64,000 bases of DNA from Leidyana gryllorum EB-2025a (lineage: Eukaryota; Protista; Apicomplexa). How positions within the stretch are numbered: position 1 is the first letter of the stretch; every line of letters begins with the position of its first letter. The notes beneath the pieces were generated by a model. It saw only the letters and a program-made list of their open reading frames with translations, made no database searches and was not told the DNA's origin. The position numbers were made by a program, and so were the translations under genes. Location of the stretch: NCBI GenBank assembly GCA_048772705.1, contig JBLWGC010000159.1, positions 124,001 to 188,000 of the forward strand, read 5' to 3'. Of this stretch, positions 19,400-31,422 are shown in pieces.

Positions 19400-21381
19400 A
19401 TGGTAAGCAGAACTGGACCACACACGCACATTCCCACAGTTCCGAGCTCCAGCTGGCCTCGCGGCCTTACTTAAAGAAGGCGCAAGACATTATCAGGGCA
19501 ATGAAGAGGCAGTGTTCCGCAACATTGACGCGGTAAAGAAGCTTGGAGATATCCTCCGTACTTGTCTAGGGCCAACCAGTAAGCAGACTCCTCTTTCCCC
19601 TCTCCCACTCCACCCACCAGGCATGTCGAAACTGGTGGCAAACTTCCTGGACAAACGCTTCCTGACGTCGGACGCGACCACCATTGTCTCTGAGCTCGAG
19701 ATACAGCATCCAGCAGCCAAAGTGGTGGTCCTCGCGGCCCAGATGCAGGCCAACGAGTTTGGAGACGGTACCAACTTCACCATCCTCTTTGCTGCCGAGC
19801 TATTGAAACAAGCCGAGTCGCTCTTGAACGAAGGCATTCAGATTGCCTCCATCCTGCACGGCTATGATTTGGCCCTTCGCAAAGCTCTCGAGATCATTGA
19901 GACTCAAGTCGTCTACACTCTGCCCAGCGTCACCGATACTCCCGCCGTCCAAAAGGTTCTCAAGCCAGTCTTGTCCACAAAGCTCAAACACCTCGATACC
20001 GCTCTCCTCAACCTCATCGGCGACGCCTGCATGGCTGTGATGCCCACCAATCCTCTCGAATTCAATACCGATAATGTCCGAGTCAACAAACTGGTCGGCG
20101 GAAGTCTCTCCCAATCGTTCCTGGTGAACGGTATGGTCCTGGCCAGGGAACCACGCAGTGAGTGTCCACCAAGTCTCACCAATCTCGCCCTCTGCAGCTC
20201 GTATCCGGGAGAAACACAACTGCAAAGTTTGTGTCCTCGCAAACGCTCTGGAGATCAGTGGTACTGAGGGTACAGCTACGGTCCTCATCAAAACCAGTGA
20301 GGAACTCACCAACTTTGCCAAGACTGAGGAAGCCGAGATGGAAACCCTCATCAAGGGATACCATGACGCTGGTGTTGAGGCGTTGATTGTTGGTGGCAGT
20401 ATCAGCCCTCTCGCCCTCCACTACTTGGATAAATACGATATGTTCGCCATCGCGACCCCCTCCAAGTTTGACATCAAACGGTTCTGCCGAACCCTCAGAG
20501 TACCCGCTCTCCAACGCACAGTAAGCAAACTTATTCCATATTTGCTCAAAGCCGATTTCAGTCTGCCCCAATGGAGGAGGAGATAGGATTGGCTGAGTTT
20601 GTTGGAGTCCAAGAGCTGTCCAGTCAGCTTGTCACTGTGGTTCGCGGCAAAGACACCAAGTTGGCCACCATTGTATTACGGGGTCCCACCCGAGCTCTCC
20701 TTGATGAAGTGGAACGCGCGATCGGTAAGACTCATAACACGATTAATCCTCCCCCGCTCAGATGATGCTGTGAGTCTTGTCAAGGCCTCCACTAAGGATG
20801 CGCGCTTCCTCGCTGGCGCCGGCGCCGCTGAGGCGGAGATGGCCGCTCAGTTGGTGACCTATGCGAGCTCGTTGTCCTGCTTGGAGCAGTACGCCGTTGA
20901 ACGTTTCGGTCAAGCCCTTCTCTGTGTGGGTCGTGCATTGGCTGAAAACGCTGGACAGAATGGAATGGAGGCACTGGCTGCCCTCCAGGCTGCTCACAAG
21001 AATGGACAGAACACCGGCGGCGTTGATGTCACAGTAAGTCCCACATGCGTTTGCCAATTGCGGCCATCACTTTTCCACAGCGGATATCTGGTCAACTTGT
21101 CCGAGATGCAACCACCGAGGTTACACAAGTTGACGAAGCGAGCGCCTACGGCCATCTGACCTTCCCTGTCTTGGATCACTACATGACTAAGCGGTGGGCG
21201 ATGCGGTTGGCTGCTGACGCCGCCATGTGTGTCCTGCGAGTGGATCAAATCATCATGGCCAAACCTGCTGGCGGACCCAAGCTACGTAAGTACATTTGTT
21301 TGTGGTGCACCTTCGGATGCCTTCTCAACAGCCAATCAAGGGCACTGGGATGCCAAAGATGAGAACGAGCCCCTCGCTTGA
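19400..21381 (+). CDS. CCT8: T-complex protein 1 subunit theta, multi-exon
   Basis: Spliced start M|FRAPAGLAALLKEGARHYQGNEEAVFRNI; TSDATTI, QHPAAK, GDGTN; C-terminal LRVDQIIMAKPAGGPK typical of CCT8. Confidence 0.93.
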
Positions 21382-22219
21382 GACTGTGGAAGGGACCGAG
21401 ATCGGACTCTATCTCATTCTCAGTCCATCTCAAGCTGAGATCTGTCGAAGACTTCAACAGCTTCGAACTTGGGTCAAAAACGGAGAGAACGAGAGCGAGA
21501 AAGAACTGCATGTCATTGTCGAGGACCTCCGACGAGCGGGGATCGAGTCTAAAGAGACACAGATAATGCTTACGGCCATACTTTCAATGCTCCAGGCGAA
21601 GCACAATGTACCTTATCTCCAAGGATTTCATCAGATAGCCATACACTTGCATAGCTTGGACTCCCATCCCGGACACATCAGCTATCTTCTCCAACATATC
21701 TGTGCATCTCTCATACCCCTCAGACGGGTCCCAGGCCTACCGAAAAATGGATCTTGGGTCTTGCAAGAGTCCGAAGCGCTCGCTGAGGCAACCCACTCAT
21801 TGCTCGGCTGCCTCTTCCCCGATATCGCAGTCTCCCTAGACACCAAGGAATTCGCAGACCTTCCCTATGGACGCAAATGCCATGCCTGGATCACTGGGTT
21901 CATCGCAGCTGGCCTCTCCCTGCACTTAGAACCCCATTGCTGGCATAGCTCAATCACCCAACTCATTGTGCTCAGCCGCGGCCTGAGACTCCAGCTGAGT
22001 GCCATGGTAGTTTTGTACGCAGTAGAATTGCTGGGAATGATCGCCGCGGAACGCTCGTTGCCAGACACATTTGACTTGATGCAGAAACCGGACGAGCTCA
22101 AGACTATTCTAGATACTCAGCAAAATAGATTACTCATGACCACTGTCTACAACGACGTATGGCGCGCCGACACCTTGAGCAAACTCATGGTCCTGTCAAA
22201 GCTGACAAAAAACGGCTGA
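21350..22219 (+). CDS. TBC-domain Rab-GAP-like protein (start uncertain)
   Basis: IVEDLRR (IxxDxxR arginine finger) and YLQGFHQI (YxQG glutamine finger). Confidence 0.65.
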   Translation: MPKMRTSPSLETVEGTEIGLYLILSPSQAEICRRLQQLRTWVKNGENESEKELHVIVEDLRRAGIESKETQIMLTAILSMLQAKHNVPYLQGFHQIAIHLHSLDSHPGHISYLLQHICASLIPLRRVPGLPKNGSWVLQESEALAEATHSLLGCLFPDIAVSLDTKEFADLPYGRKCHAWITGFIAAGLSLHLEPHCWHSSITQLIVLSRGLRLQLSAMVVLYAVELLGMIAAERSLPDTFDLMQKPDELKTILDTQQNRLLMTTVYNDVWRADTLSKLMVLSKLTKNG

Positions 22220-22835
22220 TTTTTGACAGGTATTGTCACTACCTCTAGCTAGTTAGTCAATGCCAAGTCTGCATCTCCGCACCCGATCACTCAGGAGGTA
22301 GGACGCCGAGATGACATACTGTATTCCAATACGCCTCTTTCTGTTCAGAGTATTTCACAGATCACGTAAGATCATGGATTGATGTCTTGACGCCTCTTCA
22401 GGGAAAGCTGATGATTCTAGTAGTCCCCCGCTGCGACGACAGACTTCCCTCCCCTCCCCATCAAAGGGCTCTCTGGTGTTACCCATCCCTATCCGCCGCA
22501 CCATACAAGACGGTCCAAGAGGTCCCCGCCAAGATACTTGTGCGTATATTCAGCCCAAACACGTGGTCCAATATAGCCCACGTAAGCCCTGAGTCGGCTG
22601 GCATTACTGCGGCTTCAGATGTCCTTTCCGAGCGCAGCCGCATCCTTTTGACAGCTGGATTCCCGGCTGATGCCAAAGAAAGCTCGTTCATGCCTGTTAA
22701 CCTCGGTCCTCCCAGTCCCCCCTAGCTTAAGACGTGCTGTTACCCTTAACTGTCCTTTTCGAACGCGCGCACACACAATTTGCCGGTTTCTCAGCATGCT
22801 AGACACGATTTGAATCTGTTATCTTTATCAATCCG

Positions 22836-23560
22836 ATGTCGATTTCAGATGATTTTGCACAAGGTGAGCCTATCCAATGCATATCACATGACCGGCAGGC
22901 GCTTTGACTGCCACCTTGAACATCGAACCAATATCTGATCCGATGGCCCTGCATGGTGTCTGGACAGAAAAAGATAAGCCAGTTGATGAGCTCGTCGACG
23001 TGCTCAAAAGACTTGGCCTTTCCGCTGTGAAGCGACGAATAGTCGCCCGCTGTCACAGCAAGGTCGAGATATTCGTATCGTACGATGACGAAGTGAAGAC
23101 GGAAGCTGCGGAAGAACCGCCAACAGAGGATACTGAAGCCACTCCTCCGCGAAGTGGCAGTACCACAGCCGCTACAACTCCCACGCAATCGCCTGGCTCC
23201 TTAAAGAATGATCCCAGCACTACTGCAAAGATAAAGTGGGCTCAAAGACAATACTTTCCGATGGGCAGAACCCGGGAAAGTGAGTTTGTTTCCGACGGGG
23301 AAACAGTTCATGCTCAAGAAGACCCTGAAACAGATGTGTGGAACACACGCGTCATCTGGATCGACGGCTGTCTTATACAACGACGAGAGTCTCAAAAGCT
23401 TGGAATAACGATGTATGATACCCGATGCGCTTTCCGTCGATCAGAGGATGACAGCCTCGTTCAACTCTTCCAATGGACGTTGATTGACCATCAGAACGAG
23501 GACAAGATCATCCAGGTTCATTACTACTTGACCAAAGACGAAGAAGAAGCGAATAGCTAG
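22836..23560 (+). CDS. FABP/calycin-like lipid-binding protein
   Basis: GVWTEKDKPVDELVDVLKRLGLSAVKRRIV...KVEI follows the FABP GxW plus helix-turn-helix pattern; beta-strand-rich remainder. Confidence 0.5.
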
Positions 23561-23581
23561 CTGTTTTGATTTTTCATTGTT

Positions 23582-23832
23582 ATGACCGAAGTGGCTGATA
23601 TCACAAAGCTCATTGCGGCAGTATTATTGCCACCTCTTGCCGTGTGGTTCGAAGCTGGTATTGATACGCATCTTGTAATCAATGTATTGCTTTGTATATT
23701 AGGTTTCATTCCAGGTGAGTAAATGTGACGGATTGGCTCAGCAGGCGAGGTTGCTCTTTCATTCGCCTTCTCTGTCTACTATTGCTTTTATTAGGCGTTC
23801 TTCACGCTTTGTGGGTCGTAATACGCTACTGA
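23582..23832 (+). CDS. PMP3: PMP3/YqaE (UPF0057) small membrane proteolipid, 2 exons
   Basis: LIAAVLLPPLAVWFEAG...INVLLCILGFIP|GVLHALWVV; intron 23715-23794; absent from the ORF track. Confidence 0.88.
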
Positions 23833-23840
23833 AAGACATC

Positions 23841-26800
23841 TCATGTAGTGCAGTTGTTGAGAACACGGATGATCTGTTCGAAGGTAGGCCTGGCTTCCGG
23901 TCGCAGTTCCCAGCACGATACCATCAGCGATCTGCAGAAGGAAGTGTAGCATGGCAATTGATGGTGAAGGACAAGGGGGTACCTGAGCATTGGCGGAGTG
24001 TCAAGAGGTAGTAGCCTGATGTTAGGTCGAAGGCGACTTCGTGCCACTAGAAGGCCAATTTCTTGAGGTGGAAGATGGCGGTAGTCATGGTAGGGAACTG
24101 TTCCAGTGGCCAGTTCATACAAGATGACTCCAAATGAGTAGACGTCGACAGACTCCCTGTAAGTTTGTCCTAAGAAGACTTCGGGCGCCATCCAATGATA
24201 GGTGCCAGCCATGCCGCGTAGAACCACTTGGTCAGAGTTGACAGTGGGAGCACCTTTGAGAACGGACATTCCGAAATCCGAGATCTGGATAATGAGGGTG
24301 GAGCATACAAGTGTATAAGTCTACTGCGCAAAATGGACATACCTTAGCACGTGGGATGGTAGTCTGATCCCTGATGGGTTCAGCCAGAAGAATATTGAGA
24401 GATTTTAGATCTCTATGAACAATAGGGGGTCTCCAGTTGTGTAGATGATTACAACCCTTGGCAATATCGTACGCGATCTTGAGTCTCTGTCCCCAGGTTA
24501 GATGTACTCGTCCAGCGCGGTCTCTTCCCCGTCCGTGCAGAATATCAAACAGAGAGCCGCCAGAGCAGAATTCCGAGACAATGGCTCCGGGCAGGTCGGA
24601 TCGGGTTCTGCTCGGCAAAGCTCCCATAACAAGGACGAGGTTGGGATGACGGAGGTTGAAGACTATTTCCAGCTCTCTTCTGACTTCCGAGGCGGTGTCT
24701 CGCCCATTTGTCTTATGGAATACTTTGACTGCCACCTCGGTGCCACGCCAGCGTGCCCTTCGGACAACGGCGGTGGCCCCACGACCGACTTCTCCATGTT
24801 TATCGAAGCTTATTTCGGACCAGGGTATATAGAGCGGTTTCTCAGTGGGGGTGGGTATGGTCCGCTTGGGAGAGATGATGGGTTGCGATCGTGTCAATGG
24901 GGTTGCGGCCGCCACTGGTCCTACGGAGACGCTTCGCTGTTGTGCCTTGGAAGGACTGTGTACAACAGGCGGCGAGGCGGGGGAGAAATTAGTTGACCTC
25001 GTGACTGATCTGGAGCGTGTGTGGATGGTGGGCACGGGCGAGACATACTCGGGGGTGCGGACCATCAACTCCCGTTTTGAGCGAGGATCCTGTGTGAATT
25101 GTCTGAGGGGTTGCGGTGTGAGTAGGCGATCTCGAACGATGGGTGTGGTGTCCACAGATTTGGTGACGTGCATTTGAGGGTTTGTCGTGGCATACACTGC
25201 CAGTGGCGACCCTTGCATTAAACGATGAGATGAGAGGGGAGTGCCAGCCGTGAAGGTCGGCGACTGTTGAGCGGAGACCACAACGGGATAGGTGGAGGTG
25301 TCTGGAGGTTTGTGTACAATACTCGAGTGCGATAAGGGCGGAGTTCGAGCAGAGACACTTTGCAGTGGAGTTGGAGAGGCAGAAGAGGACGGCGCTGCGT
25401 TGTGATAAACATGTGTACTGTGTATCGTGCTGCTGGGTATGCGCGATACAGACGGTCTTCGGTGGGAGGCGGGCCGGCTTGCAGTAGAATTACTTTCTCG
25501 GCGGGCCGAGAAAGGGGTTTGCGTGGCACTGTGGACCTGCGCAACTCTACTATTAGTATTCCGTATTGGTGCTGCAGGGCCGGGTGGCGAAGCTTCGGCT
25601 TGCGGCGAGGGCGACGATCGCTCAACTCGTCGCCTGCGCCCTGACAACATCGAGCGTTGCGAATTGGAAACCGAATTCAGAAAGTCATTGAGGGCCGAGA
25701 ATAGATCTTGTAGTAGCCTCCTATCGGGAAGACATTCGGGTGGAATGATGATGTGGACGGGCGGGAAAGGTGTTTTGTTATCCACCTGTCCTGGAGGCCT
25801 CTTTATACGTCGGAGAGTTAATGCCGAACATGTTGACAGGCGCGGAAACGACTCACAAGTTACAACTTGACGGAAATCAATATTTACTTCCCCTTCCTCG
25901 GGTTCCGGAGGTGGTACTGTTGTCGAAGACTCCGATATCCCACGTCCGCCGCCTTGGCCCCCCACCAAACCTCCCATGGACTGCATCCGTGCCACCGCCG
26001 GCACTGTGTACTCGGTGATGGGATCGGGAGGCGTGTTGGGGTCCAATGTAGTCGTTTGCCAGGATAAACACACGTGTCTCAGAGCTTTCAGACTGTTACC
26101 AACAGAGTCGTGAAAGGCTAAGAAATCCTCTCTCTTCTGCTGCAGTCCCTTTAGCCTTTCCAGAGAGGATGGGGCCGCCGAGGTGTGTAACTTCATGATG
26201 GCGGCATAGCTATTCTTGGCTTCGTCCCACGTTTCATCCTCCTCCTGGAAGTAGAAAGAGTGGATTTCATTGTGGAGGGCGGCAGTCGCCGCCATCAATA
26301 AGAAAGACTCGCCCCCATTAAGTCCGTATTGACAAGTGCAAACGCGTTTGGTACCTCCGCCCTTGAGATCGATCCATCGTGTCAGCCTCTTCTCCACTAT
26401 TCTGCGGCAGCGCTCTGACTCTCGTCGCTGGTCAGTCCATCCGAAAGCTTCGTCCAAGTCTTGGTCACAGTATCGTCTCCGAGGATACTTTTTCACAAAC
26501 TCGGCGTAGCGATGGTTGTCTGGCGCGGGCATCGTTTGTTCCAAAAGAACGCACACGAGCAGAGTACTGAGAGCACGATAGACGCCTCGACACTCACACA
26601 GCAGTACCGTACTGATTTCGACCACCCAGTCCGGTATGCCTTTATCGGTTTTTCTTGATTGACTTGTGACTCGAGATAACGCCAGCGAGAGACTCACAGA
26701 GTATTCTAGCAAACTACACCGGTTGGACAAAGCAATATATGTCATATTCCGTGATCCCTGAGCCCGAAACTTACGCATTGACCGCACCGAGTCGTGTGAC

Positions 26801-27640
26801 CCGTGTGCGTTCGGCTTTCTTGTGGGCACCCTCGGGAGAGTCCGTACCCAACAAACTCAAAATTGCATCGCCAGCAGTATCTCGAGGGGGCAGTAAGGTC
26901 AAAAGGGCATCTTGTTCGTCTGGACTGAAAACGTGCTCACTGCTCCAATCAGCTGCGAATAAAGAAACAGATCTAAGTTACAACCGCCGACATTAGGAAA
27001 CCTTTGGCTTACGAGCAATTAACACTCCATATTGGCTGAGCACTTGAACGCGCTCGTGACAAAGAGAGGCATATTGAGTTGCCAACAGATACAGTTTCTG
27101 TCCAATAAGGGGTCAGTGGTTCTTCGATTCGACACCGAATCCCACCTTTGCGTTCAACGCACTCTCGCTGAGTGGTTGATCCGACGATGATAGCTTCTCA
27201 ACTTGGTTCGAAGCCACTCGACCGAAATAAAGCAGCGCAGCACCGATATGCCGGCTGCGCGAGGCCAAGCTGGGACCTTCCATCAAAACTCGGTGCAGAC
27301 TAGTTAATACCCGTAGTAGCGTTGGGGCCTCAAAGTTAGCTTTCTCCAAGCCCGTCTGTGGGATAGGGGGTGTGTGATGGCAGGTCGAGGATTTGATTAC
27401 CTCCAGACATGATGTGAGATTGTTCAGTTCATCGTCGACAGCACCGCTCACGTTGCCGTTGGGCCCGCGGGCGGCACGCCATAGCTGTTCAATGACTCCA
27501 TCAACGAGGGCTAGAAAGTTGTGCTTGGACCGTTTATCTTCGTCGGCGATAGGTTCTGAGACAGCTTTTACCAGACGCTTAGTCGGTGTCTTCTTGTTGC
27601 CGAACAGTTTTGGTAAACGGCCCGAGAAGGCCTTCTTCAT
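23841..27640 (-). CDS. TKL (Raf/MLK-like) protein kinase with probable N-terminal ANTH-like domain, multi-exon
   Basis: GRGATAVV, VAVK, LRHPNLV, HRDLKSLN, GTYHWMAPE, DVYSFG, CW..RPEARPTF; upstream exons include LRVLTSLHRVLMEGP (ANTH-like). Joining the exons into one gene is inferred from splice sites. Confidence 0.8.
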
Positions 27641-27696
27641 TACTCTACCAAATAAAGTATGGTTTTAGCCACTGAGGAGCATCAAGGTGCAACAAA

Positions 27697-28037
27697 TGTC
27701 TGAAGAGTCCATCACCAATGATCCATCCAGAACTGCTCAGCAGGAGGAACCACTAACTTTGGGGGGGGCTTTGAAAGTCACATTACTCAGAACATTGGAA
27801 GGGTTGGGCGTGAGTGAGAGACTCTGTTCACTGTTTCGAGATCCTTCTCCTCTTCTTCACCACAGATAGTTGGATCAGCTACTCGCACAGCCGCAGTTGC
27901 AACCAGTACATTCATTGCTCGCATGGTCTATCCAGTAAAGGAAGCTATTCTAGATGGAATTGGTTATGTATGTTTCGTACTATGGAGATCGAGCAGCACA
28001 ATGAGTTTTGCAGATAAGCGGGGCCAATGAAGCAGAA
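27697..28037 (+). CDS. Small hypothetical spliced protein (end uncertain)
   Basis: ATG and GTGAG...ACAG intron give MSEES...LEGLG|IVGSATRTAAV...YPVKEAILDG. Confidence 0.35.
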
Positions 28038-28137
28038 CCCGGCCTCGCAGGCCGTCCACCACCCCCAACTACCGCCTTTGTACACATTCAATCCTCCTCT
28101 GGAGACTTGTAGTGTGGACGAAAAGATTGCATCACTT

Positions 28138-29317
28138 CTACTCATCGTCGTCCCCTGACAGCGACGCCATCTCTTCTTGCGCCTCCTCACCGTCCGTGGA
28201 GCCATCTGCCTCGTCAGCAGCACCTCCCTTGGCTGCCTTCTTGCTGGGGTGGCCGTGCCGAGTGTGCAACCCAACGAAATCCTCCTTGTTGATATAGACC
28301 TTTGCGCGCTTCTCCAACAGGTCATTGGTGGTGACATTCTTGACCTTCTTCAACAACTGCTCAGCCGGTAGGCGGTTGGCGGCTTTGATGGCAGCGCGCT
28401 CGGGGAGTCGCGATCTCGCAAGACGCAGCACCATGGTGGGCCCAATGGGTTCCATGTCGATATCGGGCAACTTGCTGCCATCAGCGGCCTTCTTCAACCG
28501 GAGGCTAAAGTGCTCTATCCGAATTTCACTGAACGTTTTCTGCAGAGGTTCGACGAACTTCTCATACGCGCTGATACAGTAGGCGTGATCGAAACCCTCG
28601 AGCATAACTCGATCGGCTATGATGCCTCCATACAGATCAGCAAAGAAGTTGCGAGCGCCCTCCATTTCATTGGAAACTTCCCACAGGGGTCCCTGGAAGA
28701 CAACGAGCGGTTTCGAACCCATAATGGGCGCGACAACATCTTTCATGGGCTTGAAGGGCTGGTATTCGACCACATCAAACTCGTACAAATCGTAGAGCTT
28801 AAAGTGATATAGCCGGCCTCCAAATAATCTCAAGGGGCGCTTCTTGGTGCTGCTCGCCATCACAAATATGGGCGCGTGATTCTTGGATCCGAGGTACTCA
28901 AAGTCTTCTGGTTTGTCCATCGGCTCCATCAGGCGAGTCTGATTCTGACTCGGCGTGACCACATGCGGTTTCCTCCACATGGCAATATCCCGCAATAGGT
29001 TCAGCGCCTTGGCACTCGTCCGGTGACCTTTCAGCACCATCAGGACCTGAAGCGGGTGGGGGTCGCATGATGAACGATTTGACGGCCTGAATGCCTACCT
29101 TTGTGTCCTCATGGACTTGAGGGCCCAGACTGGCCAAATGTCTCTTTCCACCAGGAGTCTTTGCTGTGCGAGTAACTCTTTCTAGCTGAGCATCGGATAT
29201 AACTGGGCGCAAGTGTTTCACGGCATCATCAGTCGCAGTTGCTCCTTTGGAAGATTTCTTCACCCGCTTTGTGTCCCCGTCTTTCCGTCGTTTCCCCGTC
29301 TGCCCCTTCGCCTTCAT
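28138..29317 (-). CDS. RPF2: Ribosome production factor 2 (Brix domain)
   Basis: KT..GKR.L..LGPQVHEDTK, LKGHRTS, SSTKKRP, RLYHFKLYDLYE, IGPTMVLRLAR, KKVKNVT. Confidence 0.88.
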
Positions 29318-29340
29318 CCCGTACGAAAAAATTTCCCTCC

Positions 29341-31405
29341 TCACAATTCATCGTGCTCGGCATTCGGTGCCTTGGACTGCCCATAAATGTCGAATTTCAC
29401 CCCAACAAAGCTCACCTTTGGCGGTTCGGCGCACACAGCGCTCGTGGCAATCACAGCAGCATATTTGCAGGGCGCAGTCTCCTCGATAGCCAGCAGTTCG
29501 TCTGCTGGAGAGCTCCGGCAGATAAAGAAGACCTGAACATTCAAAGACTAGTCACCAGGTGCTCGGTGTAACTTACGGCAGCCTCTCTGTCAGAGTCGTG
29601 GGGACATTCCCCCGGACGCGCCGAAGCTCTGTGCTGGAACACGAGTGGATAGACGACTGGCCCGTAGAGGCCGGGAGGCCGAATATCGATTTCAGAAATA
29701 TGAACCACTCCAACGAACGAACTGACGGACGCGAGGGCAATTGTTGGTTTCGCTCAGCGGCCACTCACCCCATATTGATCCGCCGTCCTGCCCAGCCTTC
29801 CTGACTCGTAACGTCGCCGAACATTTTCACAACATATCGCAGCCTATTGAGGGTCAAAGACAAAGAGGGAACCGCTCAACTTACTCTCCGATAGTTTTGT
29901 AGAATGTCCGGTCGTGCCACTGCACGAATTCCGGGAATCTCTCTGCAGCAAATAACAGTATAGCGCTAACCGCCGCCCGGCCGCGCTTTCTGACATACCG
30001 AACAGTTCCATTAGGGGCTCAATGTCAGTGATGTCCTTTACACGTCGATTGAAGTCTTGGATCTCCTGTTCCTTCTCCGCAATGGGATCGGGTTCGTAGG
30101 ACGAAGACCGCGAGATATACGGTGGGTCCACTTCTCTGATCCCACGGCCCTCTGGAGCGATCCAACGAGGGTCGTCAGTGGGTTTTGTTGGTTTGAGTAA
30201 CTGATCTGCGAACAAGAAGAGAGAGTGATGACACGAAGGTTCAGATATTCTCTCACTCCACAATCGTTTCACCGGTTCTGCAAGTGGAGTGGCAAGGCGT
30301 CGGATTTTGTCCACAAGACCTCGATTGTCCTCACCACCGTGTGCGTCCTCTTGTTCCTGAAGGGCTTTTCTCTCTTCCTCATCCAAGATGCTGTTGATGT
30401 CAAACTCCTCGTCATCGGTATAGTAAGGGTCCGGTTCTACAGGAGAGTCTCCCTCCTCCTTTAAGTTACTGTCATCCATCCACTTGGCATATTCTGACAG
30501 AGGGCCTTTAACTTTGTCTTTCAATCCCTCTCCCACTCCTTCGCCCACTCCTTCGCCCTCCCCTTTGCCCTGACTCTCTTCAACTTGAGGTGCGCTGCCT
30601 TCGACTTCCGGCTGCTTGACAGCCGGGGCGGCTGGTGCCACCGTGGTGGCGGCCTCTGTGTGTGTGAGTCTCTCAGATCGGTGCCAGTTTCGACCCACCT
30701 TTGGCCTTGCGAAGTGCCTCCAAGTCGGCGTTTAGCTTTGCTATTGTGGATTCACTGCTGGAAATTAGACCTTTCCATTCCTCCAGCTTTGCCTGTCCGG
30801 ACTGCTGCAAGTCTCTGCGATACTCCTGGGCTTTTTGAGCCTCCTTTTCCTTTGCCGCCTGCTGGTGTTTGCGTGTGGCACTTTCCACTTCACAGGTCTG
30901 CGGACAGGCCGAGCTCGGTGTCTCATCTTCGCCATCGCAGCAGTCGCATATATTGTCATTGACTTTCCAACTCGGTATATAACGTGCCTCCTTGGAGCAG
31001 AAGAAGCCGGGATTCGCCATAGCCAGACTCTCTTTGAATTTGTTTGTGGGACGGGGCAGGGTCCCGTCCAACGACATCAACCGCAAGCTATCGCTCTGAT
31101 TGAGCTCCTCGAGGAAGAAATCCTGCTGAGATTGAAGTGCTGAGTGACATTTGATCGAGTCGTGTCTGAAGCTTACATCGAATTCCAGCGCAAGCACTGG
31201 TGCCTGGCTCGTCACTGCCATCGGCGCAATCACAGTAATCGTCGTTCAACCAGCCGGTGGTCCCAGACTCATCGAAACACCGTATGGTACGCTCCGATTC
31301 ATTGATCAAATGCTCCTGGTACAGATGGATACGGTCCGAAGCAATTCCTCTGAACAAATCAAAGCCTGCCACACCGCCCACCAACACCAGCGGACGCACC
31401 CCCAT
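29341..31405 (-). CDS. PRKCSH: Glucosidase II beta subunit (PRKCSH-like), multi-exon
   Basis: Signal peptide; LNDDYCDCADGSDEPGTSAC and VNDNICDCCDGEDE; coiled coil; MRH-like C-terminus (C...EETAPCKY...TSAVC); ends in HDEL. Confidence 0.9.
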
Positions 31406-31422
31406 TGGAAAATTTTGGCGCT

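Noticed and set aside
22260-22800. Possible small minus-strand spliced gene (similarly 53870-54420)
   Set aside because: Could not build a convincing gene model or recognise a domain.
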